From: Eledone cirrhosa
Lineage: Eukaryota
NCBI GenBank assembly: GCA_964016885.1
Contig: OZ024748.1
Span: forward strand, 41,974,001-42,038,000
DNA: 64,000 nucleotides
Direction of reading: 5' to 3'
The translations under genes and the position numbers were made by a program. How positions within the stretch are numbered: the first letter of the stretch is position 1; every line of letters begins with the position of its first letter. The notes below the pieces were generated by a model that was not told the origin of the DNA, made no database searches, and worked only from the letters and a program-made list of their open reading frames with translations. Of the stretch, positions 51,401 to 61,541 are shown piece after piece.

Positions 51401-54400
51401 GGATGTTGGGATATAGTCACATGTTGTTGGTACTGGGATGGTGGGATATAGTCACATATTGGTACTGCGATGGTGGGATATAGTCACATATTGGTACTGG
51501 GATGGTGGGATATAGTCACATATTAGTTCTGGGATGGTGGGATATAGTCACATATTGGTACTGGGATGGTGGGATATAGTCACATGTTGTTACTGGGATG
51601 GTGGGATATAGTCACATATTAGTACTGGGATGGTGGGATATAGTCACATATTGGTACTGGGATGGTGGGATATAGTCACATATTGGTACTGGGATGGTGG
51701 GATATAGTCACATATTGGTACTGGGATGGTGGGATATAGTCACATATTAGTACTGGGATGGTGGGATATAGTCACATATTGTTGGTGGGATGGTGGGATA
51801 TAGTCACATATTGTTGGTACTGGGATGGTGGGATATAGTCACATGTTGGTACTGGGATGGTGGGATATAGTCACATGTTGGTACTGGGATGGTGGGATAT
51901 AGTCACATGTTGGTACTGGGATGGTGGGATATAGTCACATGTTGGTACTGGGATGGTGGGATATAGTCACATATAGTTGGTACTGGGATGGTGGGATATA
52001 GTCACATATTGGTACTGGGATGGTGGGATATAGTCACATATTGTTGGTACTGGGATGGTGGGATATAGTCACATGTTGGTACTGGGATGGTGGGATATAG
52101 TCACATATTGGTACTGGGAGGGTGGGATATAGTCACATATTGGTACTGGGATGGTGGGATATAGTCACATATTGTTGGTGGGATATAGTCTCATATTGGT
52201 ACTGGGATGGTGGGATATAGTCACATATTGGTACTGGGATGGTGATATATAGTCACATATTGTTGGTACTGGGATGGTGGGATATAGTCACATATTGGTA
52301 CTGGGATGGTGGGATATAGTCACATATTGGTACTGGGATGGTGGGATATAGTCACATATTAGTACTGGGATGGTGGGATATAGTCACATATTAGTACTGG
52401 GATGGTGGGATATAGTCACATATTAGTACTGGGATGGTGGGATATAGTCACATATTGGTACTGGGATGGTGGGATATAGTCACATGTTGGTACTGGGAGG
52501 GTGGGATATAGTCACATATTGTTTGTACTGGGATGGTGGGATATAGTCACATATTAGTACTGGGATGGTGGGATATAGTCACATATTAGTACTGGGATGG
52601 TGGGATATAGTCACATATTAGTACTGGGATGGTGGGATATAGTCACATATTGGTACTGGGATGGTGGGATATAGTCACATGTTGGTACTGGGAGGGTGGG
52701 ATATAGTCACATATTGTTTGTACTGGGATGGTGGGATATAGTCACATATTGTTGGTGGGATGGTGGGATATAGTCACATGTTGGTACTGGGATGGTGGGA
52801 TATAGTCACATATTGTTGGTACTGGGATGGTGGGATATAGTCACATATTGGTACTGGGATGGTGGGATATAGTCACATATTGGTACTGGGAGGGTGGGAT
52901 ATAGTCACATATTAGTACTGGGATGGTGGGATATAGTCACATATTGGTACTGGGAGGGTGGGATATAGTCACATATTGGAACTGGGATGGTGGGATATAG
53001 TCACATGTTGGTACTGGGATGGTGGGATATAGTCACATATTGTTGGTACTGGGATGGTGGGATATAGTCACATATTGGTACTGGGATGGTGGGATATAGT
53101 CACATATTAGTACTGGGATGGTGGGATATAGTCACATATTAGTACTGGGATGGTGGGATATAGTCACATATTAGTACTGGGATGGTGGGATATAGTCACA
53201 TATTGGTACTGGGATGGTGGGATATAGTCACATATTAGTACTGGGATGGTGGGATATAGTCACATGTTGGTACTGGGAGGGTGGGATATAGTCACATATT
53301 GTTGGTACTGGGATGGTGGGATATAGTCACATATTGTTGGTGGGATGGTGGGATATAGTCACATATTGTTGGTGGGATGGTGGGATATAGTCACATATTA
53401 GTACTGGGATGGTGGGATATAGTCACATATTGTTGGTGGGATGGTGGGATATAGTCACATATTGTTGGTGGGATGGTGGGATATAGTCACATATTGTTGG
53501 TGGGATGGTGGGATATAGTCACATATTGGTACTGGGATGGTGGGATATAGTCACATATTGGTACTGGGATGGTGGGATATAGTCACATATTGTTGGTGGG
53601 ATGGTGGGATATAGTCACATATTGTTGGTGTGATGGTGGGATATAGTCACATATTAGTACTGGGATGGTGGGATATAGTCACATATTGGTACTGGGATGG
53701 TGGGATATAGTCACATATTGTTGGTACTGTGATGGTGGGATATAGTCACATATTGGTACTGGGATGGTGGGATATATTCACATATTGGTACTGGGATGGT
53801 GGGATATAGTCACATATTAGTACTGGGATGGTGGGATATAGTCACATATTGGTACTGGGATGGTGGGATATAGTCACATATTAGTACTGGGATGGTGGGA
53901 TATAGTCACATATTGTTGGTACTGGGATGGTGGGATATAGTCACATATTGGTACTGGGATGGTGGGATATAGTCACATATTAGTACTGGGATGGTGGGAT
54001 ATAGTCACATATTGTTGGTACTGGGATGGTGGGATATAGTCACATATTGGTACTGGGATGGTGGGATATAGTCACATATTGTTGGTGGGATGGTGGGATA
54101 TAGTCACATATTGGTACTGGGATGGTGGGATATAGTCACATATTGGTACTGGGATGGTGGGATATAGTCACATATTTGTACTGGGATGGTGGGATATAGT
54201 CACATATTGTTGGTGGGATGGTGGGATATAGTCACATATTGGTACTGGGATGGTGGGATATAGTCACATATTGGTACTGGGATGGTGGGATATAGTCACA
54301 TATTGGTACTGGGATGGTGGGATATAGTCACATATTGTTGGTACTGGGATGGTGGGATATAGTCACATATTGTTGGTACTGGGATGGTGGGATATAGTCA

Positions 54401-57400
54401 CATGTTGGTACTGGGATGGTGGGATATAGTCACATATTGTTGGTACTGGGATGGTGGGATATAGTCACATATTAATACTGGGATGGTGGGATATAGTCAC
54501 ATATTGGTACTGGGATGGTGGGATATAGTCACATATTGTTGGTACTGGGATGGTGGGATATAGTCACATATTGTTGGTACTGGGATGGTGGGATATAGTC
54601 ACATATTGGTACTGGGATGGTGGGATATAGTCACATATTAGTACTGGGATGGTGGGATATAGTCACATATTGGTACTGGGATGGTGGGATATAGTCACAT
54701 ATTGGTACTGGGATGGTGGGATATAGTCACATATTGTTGGTGGGATGGTGGGATATAGTCACATATTAGTACTGGGATGGTGGGATATAGTCACATATTG
54801 GTACTGGGATGGTGGGATATAGTCACATATTGGTACTGGGATGGTGGGATATAGTCACATATTGGTACTGGGATGGTGGGATATAGTCACATATTGTTGG
54901 TACTGGGATGGTAGGATATAGTCACATATTGTTGGTACTGGGATGGTGGGATATAGTCACATATTGGTACTGGGATGGTGGGATATAGTCACATATTAGT
55001 ACTGGGATGGTGGGATATAGTCACATATTGGTACTGGGATGGTGGGATATAGTCACATATTGGTACTGGGATGGTGGGATATAGTCACATATTGTTGGTG
55101 GGATGGTGGGATATAGTCACATATTGTTGGTACTGGGATGGTGGGATATAGTCACATATTGGTACTGGGATGGTGGGATATAGTCACATATTAGTACTGG
55201 GATGGTGGGATATAGTCACATATTGGTACTGGGATGGTGGGATATAGTCACATATTGGTACTGGGATGGTGGGATATAGTCACATATTGGTACTGGGATG
55301 GTGGGATATAGTCACATATTGTTGGTACTGGGATGGTGGGATATAGTCACATATTGGTACTGGGATGGTGGGATATAGTCACATATTAGTACTGGGATGG
55401 TGGGATATAGTCACACATTGTTGGTACTGGGATGGTGGGATATAGTCACATATTAGTACTGGGATGGTGGGATATAGTCACATATTAGTACTGGGATGGT
55501 GGGATATAGTCACACATTGTTGGTACTGGGATGGTGGGATATAGTCACATATTGGTACTGGGATGGTGGGATATAGTCACATATTGTTGGTACTGGGATG
55601 GTGGGATATAGTCACATATTAGTACTGGGATGGTGGGATATAGTCACATATTAGTACTGGGATGGTGGGATATAGTCACACATTGTTGGTACTGGGATGG
55701 TGGGATATAGTCACATATTGGTACTGGGATGGTGGGATATAGTCACATGTTGTTGGTACTGGGATGGTGCGATATAGTCACATATTGGTACTGCGATGGT
55801 GGGATATAGTCACATATTGGTACTGGGATGGTGGGATATAGTCACATATTAGTTCTGGGATGGTGGGATATAGTCACATATAGGTACTGGGATGGTGGGA
55901 TATAGTCACATGTTGTTACTGGGATGGTGGGATATAGTCACATATTAGTACTGGGATGGTGGGATATAGTCACATATTGGTACTGGGATGGTGGGATATA
56001 GTCACATATTGGTACTGGGATGGTGGGATATAGTCACATGTTGGTACTGGGATGGTGGGATATAGTCACATATTAGTACTGGGATGGTGGGATATAGTCA
56101 CATATTGTTGGTGGGATGGTGGGATATAGTCACATATTGTTGGTGGGATATAGTCACATATTGTTGGTACTGGGATGGTGGGATATAGTCATATGTTGGT
56201 ACTGGGATGGTGGGATATAGTCACATATTGGTACTGGGATGGTGGGATATAGTCACATATTGTTGGTACTGGGATGGTGGGATATAGTCACATATTAGTA
56301 CTGGGATGGTGGGATATAGTCACATATTAGTACTGGGATGGTGGGATATAGTCACACATTGTTGGTACTGGGATGGTGGGATATAGTCACATATTGGTAC
56401 TGGGATGGTGGGATATAGTCACATGTTGTTGGTACTGGGATGGTGCGATATAGTCACATATTGGTACTGCGATGGTGGGATATAGTCACATATTGGTACT
56501 GGGATGGTGGGATATAGTCACATATTAGTTCTGGGATGGTGGGATATAGTCACATATAGGTACTGGGATGGTGGGATATAGTCACATGTTGTTACTGGGA
56601 TGGTGGGATATAGTCACATATTAGTACTGGGATGGTGGGATATAGTCACATATTGGTACTGGGATGGTGGGATATAGTCACATATTGGTACTGGGATGGT
56701 GGGATATAGTCACATGTTGGTACTGGGATGGTGGGATATAGTCACATATTGGTACTGGGAGGGTGGGATATAGTCACATATTGGTACTGGGATGGTGGGA
56801 TATAGTCACATATTGTTGGTGGGATATAGTCACATATTGTTGGTGGGATATAGTCTCATATTGGTACTGGGATGGTGGGATATAGTCACATATTGGTACT
56901 GGGATGGTGGGATATAGTCACATATTGTTGGTACTGGGATGGTGGGATATAGTCACATATTGGTACTGGGATGGTGGGATATAGTCACATATTGGTACTG
57001 GGATGGTGGGATATAGTCACATATTAGTACTGGGATGGTGGGATATAGTCACATATTAGTACTGGGATGGTGGGATATAGTCACATATTAGTACTGGGAT
57101 GGTGGGATATAGTCACATATTGGTACTGGGATGGTGGGATATAGTCACATATTAGTACTGGGATGGTGGGATATAGTCACATGTTGGTACTGGGAGGGTG
57201 GGATATAGTCACATATTGTTTGTACTGGGATGGTGGGATATAGTCACATATTGTTGGTGGGATGGTGGGATATAGTCACATGTTGGTACTGGGATGGTGG
57301 GATATAGTCACATATTGTTGGTACTGGGATGGTGGGATATAGTCACATATTGGTACTGGGATGGTGGGATATAGTCACATATTGGTACTGGGAGGGTGGG

Positions 57401-59187
57401 ATATAGTCACATATTAGTACTGGGATGGTGGGATATAGTCACATATTAGTACTGGGATGGTGGGATATAGTCACATATTAGTACTGGGAGGGTGGGATAT
57501 AGTCACATATTGGAACTGGGATGGTGGGATATAGTCACATGTTGGTACTGGGATGGTGGGATATAGTCACATATTGTTGGTACTGGGATGGTGGGATATA
57601 GTCACATATTGGTACTGGGATGGTGGGATATAGTCACATATTGGTACTGGGATGGTGGGATATAGTCACATATTAGTACTGGGATGGTGGGATATAGTCA
57701 CATATTAGTACTGGGATGGTGGGATATAGTCACATATTAGTACTGGGATGGTGGGATATAGTCACATATTGGTACTGGGATGGTGGGATATAGTCACATA
57801 TTAGTACTGGGATGGTGGGATATAGTCACATGTTGGTACTGGGAGGGTGGGATATAGTCACATATTGTTGGTACTGGGATGGTGGGATATAGTCACATAT
57901 TGTTGGTGGGATGGTGGGATATAGTCACATATTGTTGGTGGGATGGTGGGATATAGTCACATATTAGTACTGGGATGGTGGGATATAGTCACATATTGGT
58001 ACTGGGATGGTGGGATATAGTCACATATTGGTACTGGGATGGTGGGATATAGTCACATATTGTTGGTGGGATGGTGGGATATAGTCACATATTGTTGGTG
58101 TGATGGTGGGATATAGTCACATATTAGTACTGGGATGGTGGGATATAGTCACATATTGGTACTGGGATGGTGGGATATAGTCACATATTGTTGGTACTGT
58201 GATGGTGGGATATAGTCACATATTGGTACTGGGATGGTGGGATATATTCACATATTGGTACTGGGATGGTGGGATATAGTCACATATTAGTACTGGGATG
58301 GTGGGATATAGTCACATATTGGTACTGGGATGGTGGGATATAGTCACATATTGTTGGTACTGGGATGGTGGGATATAGTCACATATTGGTACTGGGATGG
58401 TGGGATATAGTCACATATTAGTACTGGGATGGTGGGATATAGTCACATATTGTTGGTACTGGGATGGTGGGATATAGTCACATATTGGTACTGGGATGGT
58501 GGGATATAGTCACATATTAGTACTGGGATGGTGGGATATAGTCACATATTGTTGGTACTGGGATGGTGGGATATAGTCACATATTGGTACTGGGATGGTG
58601 GGATATAGTCACATATTGTTGGTGGGATGGTGGGATATAGTCACATATTGGTACTGGGATGGTGGGATATAGTCGCATATTGGTACTGGGATGGTGGGAT
58701 ATAGTCACATATTTGTACTGGGATGGTGGGATATAGTCACATATTGTTGGTGGGATGGTGGGATATAGTCACATATTGGTACTGGGATGGTGGGATATAG
58801 TCACATATTCGTACTGGGATGGTGGGATATAGTCACATATTGGTACTGGGATGGTGGGATATAGTCACATATTGGTACTGGGATGGTGGGATATAGTCAC
58901 TTATTGGTACTGGGATGGTGGGATATAGTCATATATTGTTGGTGGGATGGTGGGATATAGTCACATATTGGTACTGGGATGGTGGGATATAGTCATATAT
59001 TGGTACTGGGATGGTGGGATATAGTCACTTATTGGTACTGGGATGGTGGGATATAGTCATATATTGTTGGTGGGATGGTGGGATATAGTCACATATTGGT
59101 ACTGGGATGGTGGGATATAGTCACATATTGGTACTGGGAAGGTGGGATATAGTCACATATTGTTGGTGGGATATAGTCACATATTGT
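36492..59187. repeat. G-rich satellite, ~700 x 32 bp (24/32/35-bp variants)
   Basis: Consensus GGTACTGGGATGGTGGGATATAGTCACATATT over 22.7 kb. Confidence 0.98.
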
Positions 59188-59375
59188 CATCACCGGACAT
59201 AATGTCTTATGATATTTGATCCGGCTCTTTACGTTGAATTCATGTCATGTCGAGGGTCAACTTTGATGTTTGTCTTTCTAAGGTCGATAAAATAAAGCCC
59301 CAGTCAAATACTGGCAGTATTAATATCATCAATAGATTACTTTCTGACCTTGTGTCTACGTTAGAAATTATTATT
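59188..59375 (+). mobile_element. Decayed SINE body continuing directly from the 32-bp satellite
   Basis: CTCTTTACGTTGAATTCA..GTCAACTTTG..GGTCGATAAAATAAAG.CCCAGTCAAATACTGG..CCTTGTGTC..TAGAAATTATTATT aligns with the SINE at 18815-19012. Confidence 0.72.
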
Positions 59376-59431
59376 AGAAAGAATATTATGTATAAAATGT
59401 TGATTGTTTAAGATGTATTAGTTAATTGTGT

Positions 59432-59476
<45 letters not shown>

Positions 59477-59987
59477 TATATGTTTATGTTTACTTTTAAT
59501 ATTTCTGCTAAAATCTGTGAATTATTATTCTAAAATTCCTTTTAGTATAATATCAGAATAAAAGAAAAGTGTTATTTATTAGATAAATTATGTAATAGCT
59601 AGAAAAATGTTACAACTCGTCACATTCAAAACAAAAGAAAGCATGTTTCGTAAACTAGGTTACGTAAGATGTGTCAAATATTATGAATAGATTTTTAAAA
59701 ACATAATATATGATAGTTTTATTTTCGATTAAAATAATAATGTGTGTACGTCTAACAATAGATATTGTGGACGAAGAAATGAGATTAATAAATGTTCGGT
59801 GATTGATTTGAGAATGTTTAAATAAAGATTGTTAACTATACAACGTCTAATGGATTAAAACGATATATATATAATCGAATTTCTTTATTACTTTAAGAGA
59901 ACAAAGACATGCTACAGTATTAGAGGTAATAAATTTGATGTAATATCACAAACGAAGCTTTAAAATCAAACAAACATAAGATCATAC

Positions 59988-60050
59988 CTCAATATTTTCA
60001 TGAGAAAACGTATCAAAAAACAGCAACTCCACTTGCGTAGAATCAGCCAT
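59988..60050 (-). CDS. VIRMA: Virilizer/VIRMA coding exon 1 (start codon)
   Basis: tcaaaATGG context; MADSTQVELLFFDTFSHENIE|gtatga; 63 nt, phase 0. ELLFFDTFSH is the conserved Virilizer N-terminus. Confidence 0.93.
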
Positions 60051-60180
60051 TTTGAAAAATAAGGTTATCTCCCTTGTTAAACGGTGCATACGAAATGTAT
60101 CTCTCAAGTCGGGAATGCCCCATTCCCTCTCATCCTTCTGTGACACTTGATCCCTTGCGTTCCCTTTCTTTCCCGTTTTT
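60051..60180 (-). promoter_or_regulatory. Probable 5' UTR/proximal promoter of VIRMA
   Basis: Positional only: non-repetitive sequence directly upstream of the ATG. The TSS cannot be located. Confidence 0.35.
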
Positions 60181-60579
60181 AAATATTTGAAGTGTTGTTG
60201 TTATTGGAAATAGATTTGTTTATGATTTTTTGGAGATTTTTATTAATAAAACTTTTTGATCTGTAGTAGATTACAAGATAGAAACATTTGTTAGAATAAT
60301 CACCTCTGTGTTCTTGTGGTAGAAATTGGCCAGAAACTCTTTGGCACTAATTTGTTCTAATGCAGAAGTTAAAGGCCGAACCACATGTCTGAGTGAAGTT
60401 TCTTCTCTCTCTCTCTCTGAAGAGCTTCTGCTATCCAGCTCTCCTGAGAATGTCTTACTATTAAAAGTACCCAGAAGCTATCTGGTATTAATTTGTTCTA
60501 ATGCAGAAACTACCTGTCTGAAAGTGAGAAGATATCTTGAAGTTGATCATTAAAAAAACTACCAAGATTCAAGATAATA

Positions 60580-60780
60580 TATTGTTGAAGTATTGGGCAC
60601 TCTTGGATAGGTTTGTGGTAGAACAGTGGAGACTTCCAGCATTCTTGGCCCCCGAACCACATCCCTACTCACTGCTATTAAAGCAGAGTTGGCCACCCGC
60701 AGGTGCGAGCTCTACAAGGTGGAGTGGCTATTCCAGCACATCTCTCTCAGCATTCTCCATTCTGTCAGCTGGGACCCAGA
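60580..60780 (+). mobile_element. Decayed 3' fragment of an RLE-type LINE (CRE-like)
   Basis: KYWALLDRFV../VETSSILGPRTTSLLTAIKAELATRRCELYKVEWLFQHISLSI resembles the (A)VETxGxxGP..LxQRxSxAI C-terminus of RLE elements; frameshifted. Confidence 0.55.
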
Positions 60781-60892
60781 GGCGGAAGATAAGTTAGTTG
60801 GAGGTGGTAGATACTTGTTTGGACGTCACATTCTCTCCATTTGTTTAATATTATACATATACATATGTGTGTAAATATATATATATAGGAAC

Positions 60893-61049
60893 GAGTAGGA
60901 CCCCGACGGCTGTAATCTTTTTCAGTTTTTATTTTATATCCCATAGAAAAAAACTGAAAAGGTTTACCAGGAATCCTACTCCTGACCAGGATTGAACTTC
61001 AGACCAGGATCACCACTGTCTATGATTCATCCAACTAGGCAACCGAGAC
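60893..61049 (-). mobile_element. tRNA-headed SINE-like element with 3' hairpin
   Basis: Minus strand TTGCCTAGTTGG (A-box-like) and AGTTCAATCC (B-box-like), then inverted repeat GAGTAGGA..TTTTCAGTTTTT / AAAAACTGAAAA..TCCTACTC (60893-60981). Confidence 0.5.
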
Positions 61050-61166
61050 AGCTACAAAAGTATAATGAAAATTAATAATTATAAACCTACTTTCAAAATC
61101 AAAGTTAAGAAGATGTGGCATTGTTCATTGCTTTCCATTGTTCATATTTAATAATAATAATAATAA

Positions 61167-61519
61167 GCAAGTATAAGGACCTGGAGATAGAAATTGGAAA
61201 AATGTGGAAATTGAGAACTAAAACAATACCAGTGGTTGTAGGCGCTCTGGGAATGATACCTAAGGGGTCTAATGATTACTTATCGCAAATCCCAGGAAAC
61301 CCGCGTATAGGAGAAATACAAAAGATAGTACTAATGGGAACTGCCCATATACTAAGGAAGATTCTGTCAATATAAGTACATCACAAGTCTAAACACTAAA
61401 GATGCATGTGTGAATATGTATGTTCTTTCTTGAACATGGCGGACCTTGTTGTCTCTTGAGGTCACTGGTTGTGACTTGGTGATAACTCGTATGAACATAA
61501 AGCAAGATAAATGCAACTG
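61167..61519 (+). mobile_element. Short 5'-truncated R4/Dong-like LINE flanked by (TAA)n on both sides
   Basis: KYKDLEIEIGKMWKLRTKTIPVVVGALGMIP..IQKIVLMGTAHILRKILSI*; (TAA)6 at 61149-61166 and (TAA)7 at 61520-61540. Confidence 0.85.
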
Positions 61520-61541
61520 TAATAATAATAATAATAATAAT

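Noticed and set aside
11616-59187. CRISPR-like appearance of the tandem arrays
   Set aside because: No unique spacers and no cas genes; units are contiguous and the context is eukaryotic.
60330-60525. ~50-bp direct repeat (TAATTTGTTCTAATGCAGAA core) upstream of VIRMA
   Set aside because: Real but diverged, with no evidence of function or element boundaries.
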